DNA of 64,000 nt, from the sequence record MN850597.1. One strand, written 5' to 3'. The notes below the pieces were generated by a model, which was not told the origin of the DNA, did not search any database, and was given only the letters and a program-made list of their open reading frames with translations. The stretch is from Escherichia phage isim. Shown here in pieces: positions 46,065 through 57,041 of the stretch. The translations under genes and the position numbers were made by a program. Position 1 is the first letter of the stretch. Each line of letters begins with the position of its first letter.

Positions 46065-46445
46065 ATGTGCAAGTGTAAATCCTATAATTGGAAAGTGAAA
46101 GGTGCCAAGCATCAAAATGTTATCGTTGATGTGCCTAAAAATCTTCGTGACGGCAAAAAACGTGTGTGCCTTGATAAGTGTATGGCTAAGCCTATCATGA
46201 GTTTGTGGGCAGCAGGTTTGAAAACGCTAAACTGCTGCTGTGGTCATAACAAAGATATTCCAAGCATCATTATCCCAGAAGATGCAGATCCTAAAGCTTA
46301 TGCCAAAATACTGACCCGCTATCCCAGCACCTTCCTGATCGGAAAATGGTGTCACGATGAACTCCAATGGTGGATAGCCTATGGTAGTATAGGCACTACT
46401 TTTGGCTTCCCAGCTTTGTCAGAGCGCTATGTCAAAGTGTCATAA
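46065..46445 (+). CDS. Cys-rich protein (126 aa)
   Basis: CKCKSY...CLDKC...CCCGHN cysteine cluster. Confidence 0.5.
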   Translation: MCKCKSYNWKVKGAKHQNVIVDVPKNLRDGKKRVCLDKCMAKPIMSLWAAGLKTLNCCCGHNKDIPSIIIPEDADPKAYAKILTRYPSTFLIGKWCHDELQWWIAYGSIGTTFGFPALSERYVKVS

Positions 46446-46606
46446 TAGAATTTAAGGCCTCAAACGAGGCCTGTGCCTTCATAAATTTCTCCACCCTGTG
46501 CGATTGCCTTCCTGAATAAAATACCCTCTCAGATCTCTTAAAATTAAGCTTGACACCACCACCAGATCTATATATAATTCTCACCAACCAAACAGAGGAG
46601 ATCGTC

Positions 46607-47014
46607 ATGGATAATCTTGCAGATGTAAATGTCGAAATTGTTAAACTAAAGTTCTTGGGCTTTCGAGACCCTTATTCTTTAACAGCCATACTAATGGATA
46701 CTCACTTCACACCAGGTAAAGAGTACACTGCCTTCCGTTATATTTGCGGAGATCACGAATCAGCTTACAGTGTGAATACAAACCTCGGCGAGGGATATTT
46801 CATCAGAGATATCACAGATCACTTGTGGGGTATGTGGGAGTTGGTGGAGGAAGAGAATAAATCCCTTCCTAAAGAGATTTGGGTGCACACCTTCCACACA
46901 GGTAAGTTTGGAGGTACGGAACATAAGTCTATCCACTATGATGAAGAAAGTGCCATCAAACAACAAGCTGTGCTTGGTGGATCTATAGAAAAATTTGTTA
47001 AATGCGAGGACTGA
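46607..47014 (+). CDS. hypothetical protein (about 135 aa; start moved to MDNLAD)
   Basis: RBS GAGGAG 6 nt before ATG at 46607. Confidence 0.5.
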   Translation: MDNLADVNVEIVKLKFLGFRDPYSLTAILMDTHFTPGKEYTAFRYICGDHESAYSVNTNLGEGYFIRDITDHLWGMWELVEEENKSLPKEIWVHTFHTGKFGGTEHKSIHYDEESAIKQQAVLGGSIEKFVKCED

Positions 47015-47017
47015 GAA

Positions 47018-47218
47018 ATGGCTGATTTTTGTAAAGATTGCTCTGAAGAGTTGTTTGGCTTTGACTGCAAAGATTTGGAAGGTCTGATCACTGAGGATCA
47101 GTGGAAGGAAGGCTATGCAGCACCTGTTATTTGTGAAGGTTGTGGCTATACCTATGTTGACCATAAAGGTAAGCGCGTCAAGCCGTCTGAAGATGGGGCA
47201 TGTTGGGAGTATTACTAA
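47018..47218 (+). CDS. small zinc-ribbon-like protein (66 aa)
   Basis: CKDC ... CEGCGY cysteine pairs. Confidence 0.5.
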   Translation: MADFCKDCSEELFGFDCKDLEGLITEDQWKEGYAAPVICEGCGYTYVDHKGKRVKPSEDGACWEYY

Positions 47219-47225
47219 CTATAAA

Positions 47226-47256
47226 AAGAAAGGGGCCGTTTGGCCCCTTTTTATTT
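47226..47256. terminator. Bidirectional intrinsic terminator between convergent blocks (AAAAAGAAAGGGGCC-GTTT-GGCCCCTTTTTATTT)
   Basis: GC stem flanked by an A-run and a T-run between the plus gene ending 47218 and the minus gene ending 47266. Confidence 0.7.
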
Positions 47257-47265
47257 ACCCCCTTG

Positions 47266-50200
47266 TTAACGAGAAAAGGTTGCGTAGGCTTCTAGACGAT
47301 ACTGCTGGTCACCAGGGAACATAACACCTATAGAGGCTGTCCCTAGAATCCTGCCTTCCTTTCCAGACTCCATTCTGAACCCTACCCATCCTGAACTCCT
47401 TGCAGCCTCGATGTTGTCGCTATACCCGAAAGTGGCAAGATCGTCAACACCAGCCCCAAACAGCAACTGAAGCTGACTTCTCGGAAGCCCTATAATTTCA
47501 GGAATATACGCACCAAAGTACACCATCTGCCCTACCTTAGGACCACTGCCGTACTCCATCGGTTTGCTTGTAGAGAAAGTCTTCATACCAGAAGTACCTG
47601 CCGGATTAGGGTATGCCCCGTTTGTTGCTGTACCTATCCACATTCTCCACTGTGGTGCCATCTGTTTGACAGTAAAAGATGTTGAAGACGTTTTGCGCCC
47701 TGCATCATCTGTAACTACAAACTTTATGGTGACATTCCCAGTAGCTTTAAATGTTACCAGTCCTGTGGTGGCATCCACTGTTGCAATGTTGGTATTACTA
47801 CTTTCCCAAGTCTTTCTAATCCCGGATACGTTGGAAGGGGTAATAGAAGGTTCCTGCATCTGCAGTTTACCACCAACAATCCCTATGCCGTTGCCAGGAT
47901 TATACAGCGCACCAACCTCGTCTATAATGTTCCCTGCTTTGAGACTATACTTCCTTGAGAAGTTGTAGGTTCCGTTATAAGTGTGTGTCCCTGAGAAGGC
48001 GACATCTGCCTTCCCGTAAGAGATGCAAACCAAAGCATACTTCCTGTCAGGCAACGTTTCTCCAGTCTCTGGGTGAGTTTTACCTACCTGGAACACACTC
48101 GGGTCAGTAGAGTCGTGACTATCACTAACGGAGCTTGGACCGCCCATCAACTGTGACAAACAATTCCTTACCCATGTCCAGTTATTATCGCTGGAGAAGT
48201 CCACAGTCAAATCAAACACAACCCACTCATTTGGCTTCCACACAGGTGTTGTAATGGACTTGCCTACACCACCTCCTTGGAGTGTTGCCGACTGTTCGGT
48301 GATCAGGGCCGCATAGGCCAGAGTTCCTAAACTCAGAGTCTGGCTTGCTGTCCTCACTACCTTAGAATCAGCATCTGTGAAGTTGTTGATGATTTGGAAT
48401 GTGCCATAAGTGTTTTTACAGGTAATTCTGGCGTTCAGCGTGTCAATCTTCCTCACATCTGCCATAGCAGTGTTAGACACAGAGAAGTCAGAAGCTTTAG
48501 CTGAGTTTGCCGCAACAGCAGGATCAACGTTAAGAGTTGCGTTGAACTGACAGGCAGGGGTAACCAGCAGCTTGTTATCACCTATTTGCTTCCATGAAAT
48601 ACTTTGGACAGGTAGATTCCATTTAATACCTGAGAAAACTTTAGCAACCCTTGGCCCCAAAGCTCCAGTCCTGTTGTCTTTACAGCACATAGACATGGTG
48701 ATCGTTGACGGAGTTGCCTGACCAAATAATTGCTGTGCTTTTGCAGAGGACATAGTGTAGAAATTGTCCTTAACAAACTCATCAGCGGCTAAAGATCCGT
48801 CAGCCCTCCACCATTGAACCTGATACCCTGTTTTGTCCCAACCACCGACCTGCTTCAGGTCTTCCCAGGAGATTTCCAGATCCCCAGTGGTAGGGTTGAT
48901 TGCAGCAGTTCCCGGTGTTCCGGGTGACCACAATGGAATATCGAACCACGCTGGTTTAACCGACTGCACTGCGCTGGGACCTATTGCGGCAGCAAGTTGC
49001 TGGCCCATCAATACGCGAGCATCTTTCACCAGACCCCGCTCGATCATAGACCCAGAGTAACCTTCTTTCTTGTAGGCTGAGGATCCGTTCAAATGGATGA
49101 GTCGGCTTGTGCCAAAGTTATGTGCTCCACCACCGTTGTCGTCTGCAAAATTGGTTATGATTCTATCCCTGATATTTTTCCATGCCCTGCCCCCAATCTC
49201 ATAGTCATGGTCATAACATCTTTGCAGTGTTGTCCAGCAAATGATCGCCATCCTTCTACCATCGCTGAATCCAAAGGCCTGATCGTTAAGCTCTCTCCAC
49301 AAGTAGCAGTTAGTGGTCCACATGGCCCTATGAATGTTAAACCAGTTTATAGATTTGGCTGAGTTGTCCCACTGAGTCCCAGGTAATTCAGGCCATACTG
49401 CATTAACCAGCATGTCTTCTGTTCCTGCATCAACCAAGAACCCTCTTACCTTCTTACCCATGCCTACCCTATCTTTTGCAATCCAGCTGCCAAACAATCT
49501 CAGTTTTGGACCGTAGACAACATCTTCCGGATGCTCAAAAGAAACATATTTTAGGTATATTGTAGGGTCACCATAGGTGCCATCACAAACAGCTTTGTGC
49601 ATGTTCTCGCCAAGGTCTAGACGAAGTCCTGTTACAACTTTAGACGTGTCGGTGAATTTGTCTGTTAAATCAAACTCATACCACCACCAACCTGCACCCA
49701 ACAATACTTTCTTACAACGCTGTGCGTCTGTATCAGATATTCTCTTATCCCCTGCAAAAGGTGAGTCAGCAAACTGATAGTGCAGAGCGATCTCAAAAGG
49801 ATGTGTGGATGTCCCGTTTTCTGCAAGAACTTGTTTACCTATCAGGTCGCACTTAATGATCATCACAACACGTCTGTACCCATTGGCAACTGGAACGTCG
49901 AACGGATACCTTGCACCATCCATATTCGCATGCAAAGCTGCGAAATTTATGTATGGGTCAACAGCGTTACCTAAAGTTTCAGGCCCTGGGATCATCTTGT
50001 ACTTCTTGACCTGTCCCATGATATAGTCGCTGCCGTAGGTTGCAGCCTCGAAGCAAGAACCGCTGTCAGGCAGTTCAGCAGGCCCCCAAAAGTATGCCCC
50101 GTAACAATTATAGAACCACTTGTTAGGGTCATAGTTATTCTTGAAGGTCTGAACCTCGTTTGCCTGTTTTGTCAAGAAAACCTGAGTATCTGTAAAGATT

Positions 50201-52902
50201 GCAGGATTTACCCTTGCCTGACGCGGAGGGTAACCTGTAGTTTGGTTAAACCACAAATTACAAGAGTAATCCCTCATATAGTCATAATCAGAGTATTTGT
50301 TTACATCTTCGTTCCAACACATGTTTAGGTTGGTACCGCCCATGCATACAATATATTCTGCGACATACTTATCACTTCTGGTAGGAATACCTATGAACCA
50401 TCTGTTAACAGGCTCATCCCAAGCTGTGCGCTCATCTTTAACGCAGATAGCAATCCAGTCATGTGTTCCTGTTTTCTTGCACACATCTCGCTTCATACCG
50501 TAGTAGAACTCTTTAGTATTCGGCTCAGGTGCATTTATCAGATAACTCCATGCCTGATTTGCATAAGTCCCATTGGTGCGCGGATCATGATCAAAGGCAT
50601 ACATGATGATCCTTTCCCCACCAAGATGTTCGCCAAGAGTAACTTTGACATTCACATCGCCGTAACCATTGCGAACAACATCCATATTATCAATAGAGAT
50701 ACCTCTGGGCGTGTAGGCAATTTTCAGCGAGCTATCTTCACTAGTGCCGCCAAGTGTAATCCCTATGTTGTTTGTTGTCCCGTCGACATATCTTACTGTA
50801 GCTTCCCAGCGTATTCCGAAATATCCTGCATCATGGCTGACAATTTTCAGTGTACGAGCTCCCGGGTGAGGTTTTCCAGGATCAGGCCAAGGGTCTGGGT
50901 GTTCGTGAACAGTCAACGACGTTCCGTTCTGCTCATTAACCTGCAACATTTTACCACCCTTGCCATTAGGATTGAACTCCCACAAGGCTTGTGTTTTCAC
51001 AATATTGTCATACGTGGCGCGTCTTTGATCGTAGATCTCTTGGGTCACATCATAAGTGACTGATCCAGCATCCATTCTGTGGAGTCTGACCATATACGAT
51101 GTATCCCCTTCTACTGCAGGCTGGGTCCCATTCAGCCCAAAGTATACAGTATCGTTAACATGGAACTGCTTGTTTCTACCGACAGTATGCCACTTGCCGT
51201 TGGACGGATACGCAGGAACTATGGTGTTCCAGTTCAAAGTTCTTGTCGTATGGGTTCTGCCTGTGCCATGCTTGTCATGATAGGTTATTTTTACAGAGTA
51301 CAGGCCACGTCTGTTAACATTTCTGTTATACTGGGTAACAACAACTTCGTTGGCCCCACCGTGGTTCCAGTTGGTGGAGAATTGGTAATTTGCATCTGTA
51401 ACAACCGTACCTGCAGCATTTACCAACTCAATCTTGTCAATAATGAACGTAGCCCCCTCTGGCTGAGGCTTCAATTTCATCTTGACCGTGTCACCAATGT
51501 AGATATTGCTAACACTACTAACACCATTAACGTCGAAAATATCATCAACGCCCCAACTGTCTACTGGGACATTTTTATACCAATTCTCAGGAACCTCTGT
51601 GAACCCCTGACTATTAAGTCTGCCGCCAAACAGGTTATTAGAGCCTGCAAAACTTCCCCTTGGGATGCCTGACCACCAAAGTTTGCCATTAACAACAGTA
51701 AAGGTCCCTAAGAAACCTTCTCTGTGGATACCCTGGAAATAAACACTTTCTGTCCAGCTTACTGGCATCCGTTGCTCGACGTATTTAGCCGTAGCCAGAG
51801 CCTGATAGTGAATAAAATTAGCCCTAGGACTGTTGTTTGCAGATTGTGCACCAATATCATTGCACAGATTGCGAGAGAAGCCACGATACTGTTTGGTGCC
51901 ATTATTGAAGAAAATGCCACTTGTGCCGTATCCACGAGCCATTATCACCTCATGGGTGTAGGTGATATTTAAGGAACGCCATGTGTCATCTCCCCAGACG
52001 TCTTGCCCGTAGAATACGTTAACAAGCTGTTGGTCATCAGGTTTGTGCATCCTTTCTGTGGCTATAATTGCACCATTAGGTCCACACATGAACCCTTTCC
52101 ATGTCTCGCCCACCGGGATGCCTTTAAACTGGTCAAGAGTCACATGCTCGGCTGGATAAACTAGTGTGTTTTTGCTGTTATTTCTTAAGAAATCGTAACC
52201 TGCAATCCAGAATCCGTTAGGACCACCAAAAATAACCGAGTTGTCATGAACTTCACAATTAATTCTTGGATTTTTCCAAGGACCTGTCTCTGGACTTTCA
52301 GATGTTTCACCGATCTTAACTGGAGTAGCGTGTTGACTTTTGTCAACATGAAGAGAGCCGTAAGTATTATTGCCAGAGCCGTACAGGTGAAGCATACCAT
52401 CAGCCTCTGGTGCAGCAATTACCCACACTGTATTGTTTACGCCACCCATTACTTCAACAAGTCTCTCAGGATGGGTGTCCAAATGCAACCCTGTTACGAT
52501 CTGTTCCGGCAAAGGTGTCCACTCTCTGACACAAACATCGTTTCCACCTGCTGCCTCCGATCCGATAAGACCAGCTGTGCAACCAATATAGAAAAATTTA
52601 TTATCGAATGTGCGGATTACAAATGCACGGTCAGCTCTCCAAACATGGTCTACGTTCCAAGCTGCCTCATTAGGATAGTTTATTGTATCAAGATCTCCAG
52701 TCCGACACTCTCCGAACCTATTATAGCCAGTAATATTAAGCTGACCATCATCAAAAAGTATAGCTAAGCTATTTACATAGGATACTGTGTTGCTTGTACC
52801 ATCACTGTTGTCTATTGGGTATGACAGAACAGCAAGTTCCTTAATTCCACCCCTCTTATCGAGGAAATGACGACCAAGTTTTAGCAAAGGGATTGGAAGC
52901 AT
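47266..52902 (-). CDS. very large virion protein, probable tail fibre/adhesin with Ig-like (Big_2-type) domain (1878 aa)
   Basis: Ig-like segment SGIRKTWESSNTNIATVDATTGLVTFKATGNVTIKFVVTDDAG; first gene of the tail module; RBS GGAGAA. Confidence 0.6.
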   Translation of the reverse strand: MLPIPLLKLGRHFLDKRGGIKELAVLSYPIDNSDGTSNTVSYVNSLAILFDDGQLNITGYNRFGECRTGDLDTINYPNEAAWNVDHVWRADRAFVIRTFDNKFFYIGCTAGLIGSEAAGGNDVCVREWTPLPEQIVTGLHLDTHPERLVEVMGGVNNTVWVIAAPEADGMLHLYGSGNNTYGSLHVDKSQHATPVKIGETSESPETGPWKNPRINCEVHDNSVIFGGPNGFWIAGYDFLRNNSKNTLVYPAEHVTLDQFKGIPVGETWKGFMCGPNGAIIATERMHKPDDQQLVNVFYGQDVWGDDTWRSLNITYTHEVIMARGYGTSGIFFNNGTKQYRGFSRNLCNDIGAQSANNSPRANFIHYQALATAKYVEQRMPVSWTESVYFQGIHREGFLGTFTVVNGKLWWSGIPRGSFAGSNNLFGGRLNSQGFTEVPENWYKNVPVDSWGVDDIFDVNGVSSVSNIYIGDTVKMKLKPQPEGATFIIDKIELVNAAGTVVTDANYQFSTNWNHGGANEVVVTQYNRNVNRRGLYSVKITYHDKHGTGRTHTTRTLNWNTIVPAYPSNGKWHTVGRNKQFHVNDTVYFGLNGTQPAVEGDTSYMVRLHRMDAGSVTYDVTQEIYDQRRATYDNIVKTQALWEFNPNGKGGKMLQVNEQNGTSLTVHEHPDPWPDPGKPHPGARTLKIVSHDAGYFGIRWEATVRYVDGTTNNIGITLGGTSEDSSLKIAYTPRGISIDNMDVVRNGYGDVNVKVTLGEHLGGERIIMYAFDHDPRTNGTYANQAWSYLINAPEPNTKEFYYGMKRDVCKKTGTHDWIAICVKDERTAWDEPVNRWFIGIPTRSDKYVAEYIVCMGGTNLNMCWNEDVNKYSDYDYMRDYSCNLWFNQTTGYPPRQARVNPAIFTDTQVFLTKQANEVQTFKNNYDPNKWFYNCYGAYFWGPAELPDSGSCFEAATYGSDYIMGQVKKYKMIPGPETLGNAVDPYINFAALHANMDGARYPFDVPVANGYRRVVMIIKCDLIGKQVLAENGTSTHPFEIALHYQFADSPFAGDKRISDTDAQRCKKVLLGAGWWWYEFDLTDKFTDTSKVVTGLRLDLGENMHKAVCDGTYGDPTIYLKYVSFEHPEDVVYGPKLRLFGSWIAKDRVGMGKKVRGFLVDAGTEDMLVNAVWPELPGTQWDNSAKSINWFNIHRAMWTTNCYLWRELNDQAFGFSDGRRMAIICWTTLQRCYDHDYEIGGRAWKNIRDRIITNFADDNGGGAHNFGTSRLIHLNGSSAYKKEGYSGSMIERGLVKDARVLMGQQLAAAIGPSAVQSVKPAWFDIPLWSPGTPGTAAINPTTGDLEISWEDLKQVGGWDKTGYQVQWWRADGSLAADEFVKDNFYTMSSAKAQQLFGQATPSTITMSMCCKDNRTGALGPRVAKVFSGIKWNLPVQSISWKQIGDNKLLVTPACQFNATLNVDPAVAANSAKASDFSVSNTAMADVRKIDTLNARITCKNTYGTFQIINNFTDADSKVVRTASQTLSLGTLAYAALITEQSATLQGGGVGKSITTPVWKPNEWVVFDLTVDFSSDNNWTWVRNCLSQLMGGPSSVSDSHDSTDPSVFQVGKTHPETGETLPDRKYALVCISYGKADVAFSGTHTYNGTYNFSRKYSLKAGNIIDEVGALYNPGNGIGIVGGKLQMQEPSITPSNVSGIRKTWESSNTNIATVDATTGLVTFKATGNVTIKFVVTDDAGRKTSSTSFTVKQMAPQWRMWIGTATNGAYPNPAGTSGMKTFSTSKPMEYGSGPKVGQMVYFGAYIPEIIGLPRSQLQLLFGAGVDDLATFGYSDNIEAARSSGWVGFRMESGKEGRILGTASIGVMFPGDQQYRLEAYATFSR

Positions 52903-52921
52903 TGTGTTCTCCAGATAAGAA

Positions 52922-52945
52922 AACCGCCCCGTCAGGAGCGGTTAG
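52922..52945 (-). terminator. Hairpin plus U-run after the 52951 stop (CCGCUCC-UGAC-GGGGCGG-UUUUCUUAU)
   Basis: Read directly on minus strand. Confidence 0.4.
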
Positions 52946-52950
52946 ATATA

Positions 52951-54696
52951 TTAACGTTGTGCAATTACTACGTCTACAATATCACCAACACCACAATACG
53001 TTAATTGCAGCAAGGTAACACTGTTAGCCTTGTTGTTAATAACAGGTGTTGCCGACAGGATAGCATACTTATCGTGCAAAGTCACGTTGTGACCTACAGC
53101 ATCCTGAATGACATAGATAACTGCAGTGAATGGATAAGGTTTATCTTCCGCTGATGTCCCAGGCCACTGTCCTATTGTAAAATCCCCTTTCGCGTGGACA
53201 ACATACATGCTGGCCTGCCCGTTAGGTGTCCATGTCCCACTGGACGCGTCAACCTCCTCTAAGTCAAAATCTACCTTTCCTGCGTGGAAAGTAGGGGCAG
53301 TAATGGTTTTACCCGCCTCAATTTCTTGAGAGGTGGTTATCTTACCACTGGAGTTAATGCCATTACAGACAAAGTTGACATTAGAGAAGTCTGGCAGCCA
53401 CCCGGTCACTGTGCCGGATATTTCAAGGTTGTGAAGGTGGGTGGTGCCAGTCCCTGCGGCGTTTAAACTAACATCTCCATTTACCTGCAAGTTTCTGGTA
53501 ATGTTGCAGTTTTCAGAGTTTGCAGTTGTTGCAGTTAAAGTGGTGGTGGTTAGCTCGGTAATTGTACCTTTATTGGCTGTAAGCCCTTCTCCTTCAAAAG
53601 TTGCACGCTCATTGACTCTTAGAGTATTCAGAGCTATATTTTGGATAGAGGCTGTACCTCGAATAACTACAGACCCGCCAACCTCCAAATCGCCATTTAT
53701 CAATGCATCACCCGTGCTTTCAATATAGCTAGGGTAGATCATGGTGCCATCGACAGAGTATGTTATCCCTGTAACGGTACCTGTCACCTCAAGGTTCTTA
53801 ACCCTGGTGGTCCCATCGACCTGCAATGTCGGTTCGGTTGCTGCCTTCATGGCATTACCACGAATGTACACGTAGTCAAAAAAGTTATTACCCAGACCAT
53901 CAAAATGCACATCGTTATTATTAGCCACTGGTTTCCCAGAAGTTATAGTGTCAGCTATAACCCTGTGGGTGGACACTTCATGAGGTTGCAGCTCTGTACT
54001 TCTCCAGTCTGCATGCTTAGGATCGCTCCACGCAAAAGTAAGTGTAGAAGTATTTGCCGTGAGGATTAGATTCCTAAAGCGTGCAGTAGAATCTGCCCCA
54101 TTAACAGGTCCATGTAAGGTAAGGGTGCCACCAACTATAGTGTTAGCGAGTTCTGTAAGACCTTTTACCACCAAAGACCCTACAGTAACTTTCATCCCCT
54201 CCATGGCTTTAAATATGCTATCAACATAGTCAACAACAAACTCTGTGTTTGCTATGGACTCTGACTTATCGTCCATTGGAGGTGTAGGTACTCGTGGGTC
54301 ACCTTCGAACCTCGGGCTGTTAAGTTTTGCGTAGTATTTTGCCATTACTGCAGAGTCGGTATATAATCTCCAGTTTGGAGATTGTGAAGGATCTGCTGGC
54401 ATTCTAACCGGGTTAGATTTTGATGCTGCGGGAGCGTACCACCACTGAGGGCCTGTGTCCCCTTTAAACTCGTACAGCTGGTTAAAAACTGTTGTGGATG
54501 CACCATACGCCCAAGGGATCGGTGGCGTTTTAAAATAAAGGGTGTCAAGCATGGCTTTTCGTACCGTAGGGATAGTGGTCCCATCCTCTACGACAACTTC
54601 ATCCACAGCGTTACCGTTGACAATCAAGTGCAAACGTTCAGAATCAACAATTACTTGATCTACCGCCTGCTCGAAGCTTGTCATGTCTTGCGCCAT
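52951..54696 (-). CDS. tail fibre protein (581 aa)
   Basis: Gly/Thr/Asn-rich beta-repeat segments (GTVTGITYSVDG ...) in the tail gene cluster. Confidence 0.55.
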   Translation of the reverse strand: MAQDMTSFEQAVDQVIVDSERLHLIVNGNAVDEVVVEDGTTIPTVRKAMLDTLYFKTPPIPWAYGASTTVFNQLYEFKGDTGPQWWYAPAASKSNPVRMPADPSQSPNWRLYTDSAVMAKYYAKLNSPRFEGDPRVPTPPMDDKSESIANTEFVVDYVDSIFKAMEGMKVTVGSLVVKGLTELANTIVGGTLTLHGPVNGADSTARFRNLILTANTSTLTFAWSDPKHADWRSTELQPHEVSTHRVIADTITSGKPVANNNDVHFDGLGNNFFDYVYIRGNAMKAATEPTLQVDGTTRVKNLEVTGTVTGITYSVDGTMIYPSYIESTGDALINGDLEVGGSVVIRGTASIQNIALNTLRVNERATFEGEGLTANKGTITELTTTTLTATTANSENCNITRNLQVNGDVSLNAAGTGTTHLHNLEISGTVTGWLPDFSNVNFVCNGINSSGKITTSQEIEAGKTITAPTFHAGKVDFDLEEVDASSGTWTPNGQASMYVVHAKGDFTIGQWPGTSAEDKPYPFTAVIYVIQDAVGHNVTLHDKYAILSATPVINNKANSVTLLQLTYCGVGDIVDVVIAQR

Positions 54697-54705
54697 GATT
54701 TCTCC

Positions 54706-54972
54706 TTAAGCTTTTTGCTCTTCGTTTTTAACGTGGTCAGGGTGCTGGCAACCCCACCGGAGCGAGATGAATTTGCTAATAAGCTGGGGGCAGGCTACTG
54801 AAGGTGCATATATCCACGCATACCATTCAGGAAGCGTATCATTATACCCCATATGAATAAACACCCCAGTCATCACCGCCATGCCTATGTTCGACCATAG
54901 CTTAGATTGGGATACTTTCGTAGGGTCATCAGATGCCGCAACCAGTCCCCATAAAAACTGAGTTAGTTTCAT
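54706..54972 (-). CDS. small membrane-associated protein in the tail-fibre cluster (88 aa)
   Basis: Two hydrophobic segments; function not assignable. Confidence 0.4.
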   Translation of the reverse strand: MKLTQFLWGLVAASDDPTKVSQSKLWSNIGMAVMTGVFIHMGYNDTLPEWYAWIYAPSVACPQLISKFISLRWGCQHPDHVKNEEQKA

Positions 54973-54983
54973 TTACCCTCTTT

Positions 54984-56030
54984 TTAAGCATAAGATATAG
55001 TGATCCATTGACCGTTTACAAGTTTTTGGATAGCACCTGTCCAGTAATCACCTTGATAAGGGTGTTTATAAGCGTAGTTACCAGAGCACATCACATGTCC
55101 AGGGTAGACTCTTGACTCTCTGTAGGTGGTTTTGAAACGGTTCGCTATCCTTACATCGTCAACCCCTCTACTGGGCATAGGGACAGTAAGGTTACCACTA
55201 CCGTCTGCGCTGTTACCGTTTACCCTGCGGACCACGTTTCTTCCACCAACGGTTGCATATTGGCCTCTAACGGTTTCATCGTTACAATCAACTCTTCCAC
55301 CTATTTGAGCGCTTCCGCAGGATTGTTGTCCGTTAACAGTGGCTCTTGGTATCGTGACCGCATTGGCATTTGCAGAGGAACTTTTTACATCGTTGCATTC
55401 AAGATTTCCTTGGATAGCCAGTCTTGCACGGTTGGCAGTTATAGCATTGAGCTTCATAGCCGAAAACACAGGCTGCCCACCAGAAGGTTGAAATCTCCAA
55501 CGGAACCCGTCTATTTGGTGAGAAGGATCATCAAGGTCTGTGCCGTCAGCACCACCGATGTTGTCCATAATCCAGAAGTCCATCGTCGTCTTGTCTGGAG
55601 TTATGGTGGTATATATTGCCGCATTGTCTGTTGACGCAGATGCAAACTCGATTCTTTGAAGGCCTAAAGTTTGAGTCTGAGTCATTATGTCTCCAGACTT
55701 GTCAACATACAGATCGTCCATTTCTTCAGGCGAGTATACATTGAGAACTTGACGTGCAGCAGCTTTGTCTGGAACGTCTGCTAGATTATTAGTGACCCTT
55801 AAGAATCTATTATCCCATCCTGGGACAACATCTTCTGTTAAATGCTTTAACCACGCAGAAAGCATGTGAAGTTCAAAGTTAACAACTTCACATGCCACTC
55901 TTTGTGTCATATCCCAACCTTTCAATCTCTCTTCTTTTTTTGGTTGAGACTTATTCAACTCTCCCGTATTTTCAAGCACAACATCCTGATTGGCCCAAAT
56001 ATCAAGAGGGATAACTGGTTTAGTCATCAC
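54984..56030 (-). CDS. receptor-binding tail fibre protein, paralog B (348 aa)
   Basis: Shares TPDKTTMDF, DGFRWRFQP, LNAITANRA and C-terminal KLVNGQWITISYA with 57042..58082. Confidence 0.6.
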   Translation of the reverse strand: MMTKPVIPLDIWANQDVVLENTGELNKSQPKKEERLKGWDMTQRVACEVVNFELHMLSAWLKHLTEDVVPGWDNRFLRVTNNLADVPDKAAARQVLNVYSPEEMDDLYVDKSGDIMTQTQTLGLQRIEFASASTDNAAIYTTITPDKTTMDFWIMDNIGGADGTDLDDPSHQIDGFRWRFQPSGGQPVFSAMKLNAITANRARLAIQGNLECNDVKSSSANANAVTIPRATVNGQQSCGSAQIGGRVDCNDETVRGQYATVGGRNVVRRVNGNSADGSGNLTVPMPSRGVDDVRIANRFKTTYRESRVYPGHVMCSGNYAYKHPYQGDYWTGAIQKLVNGQWITISYA

Positions 56031-56116
56031 GTTCTCCTGAGAAAATTCCTTAGGACTATTTTAACACTTTAGGGAACAAAATGCAAGAACGGAGTCCTTT
56101 CCGTTCTGACCTTTGT

Positions 56117-56431
56117 TTACCTTTTACTATGCTCTACGAGCATGTGCAAAATCTTTTGTACATCGGCTCTGATGCCGGAGACATCTGTCCTGACATCCTG
56201 CTTAAGGTCGTTAATATCGGCCTCTAGCTTGCTTAACCGGGTCTCTATAACGGAATCAAGTTTATCTTTTGTAACCATACTGTTTTTCACTAAGATGAGG
56301 TCTTTCTCCAGCTCTTCCAACCTCTTGGAAATGCCTTTCCATTTGGTGTGCCACTGGTTGAAAGCCCATACACAGATCGGGACAACGGTACCCATGCAGA
56401 TACCGTACAATGCCGCCAAATCCAACTCCAC
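56117..56431 (-). CDS. small coiled-coil protein with N-terminal TM segment (104 aa)
   Basis: Hydrophobic N-terminus then heptad-like ELEKDLILVKN...LEADINDLKQD. Confidence 0.45.
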   Translation of the reverse strand: MELDLAALYGICMGTVVPICVWAFNQWHTKWKGISKRLEELEKDLILVKNSMVTKDKLDSVIETRLSKLEADINDLKQDVRTDVSGIRADVQKILHMLVEHSKR

Positions 56432-56442
56432 AACACCTCCTC

Positions 56443-57027
56443 TTAGAGGGTAGGTCGCTCCGGGAAGAAAATGTCAGGGGCTTTAGATGTATCTATTTCA
56501 AGAAGTTTTACCCTGTACATTTTCAAATCTCTGATGTTACGTTTCTGGTCATCAGTAAGATCATATTCAAGGTCAATCATGTCTTGATAGGCACCAATTC
56601 TAGCAGTAGCCCAAGCAAGTTCTGTCTCTATGACACCCTCTGCCTGTTGAACAAAGAATTCATTGTCTGTGACAAATTCATCACCAACTAAACGCAAAGC
56701 GTCGTGGTGAAGCATAATGTTTTCTGGTACCTCTTCTTTTTTGGCGATAACCACACGAAGACCTGGAGCAGGCCATAAGGCATCAGGTTCTTCTGTAGAT
56801 GTCTTAAGAATTCCCTTCTCGTCAACAAGTAGGAAGATACACCCTGGATTTTCTTGTCGTAATGTTCGTGACTGCACATACCAATCACCATCATCATTAC
56901 GTAAAAAATACCCAGTGTATGCGGTGTAATCCTCGACCTCTTGAGGGGTCAGCTCCTTGGTTTCCTTGTTGGAGTGGTATTCGCCAGATCCCGGTTGGTA
57001 AAGTTTAAACTCTTGAAGTATTTTCAT
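56443..57027 (-). CDS. tail fibre assembly protein (Tfa-type chaperone) (194 aa)
   Basis: C-terminal LKMYRVKLLEIDTSKAPDIFFPERP matches the Tfa-type signature W..YR..L..(V/I)D.S.APDI.WP..P; immediately downstream of a fibre gene. Confidence 0.7.
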   Translation of the reverse strand: MKILQEFKLYQPGSGEYHSNKETKELTPQEVEDYTAYTGYFLRNDDGDWYVQSRTLRQENPGCIFLLVDEKGILKTSTEEPDALWPAPGLRVVIAKKEEVPENIMLHHDALRLVGDEFVTDNEFFVQQAEGVIETELAWATARIGAYQDMIDLEYDLTDDQKRNIRDLKMYRVKLLEIDTSKAPDIFFPERPTL

Positions 57028-57041
57028 GCTAGTCCTCCGAT

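Noticed and set aside
54706-54972. Holin assignment for the 88-aa membrane protein in the tail-fibre cluster
   Set aside because: It has hydrophobic segments but no charged C-terminal tail or adjacent endolysin, and it sits among fibre genes; kept as an unassigned membrane-associated protein.
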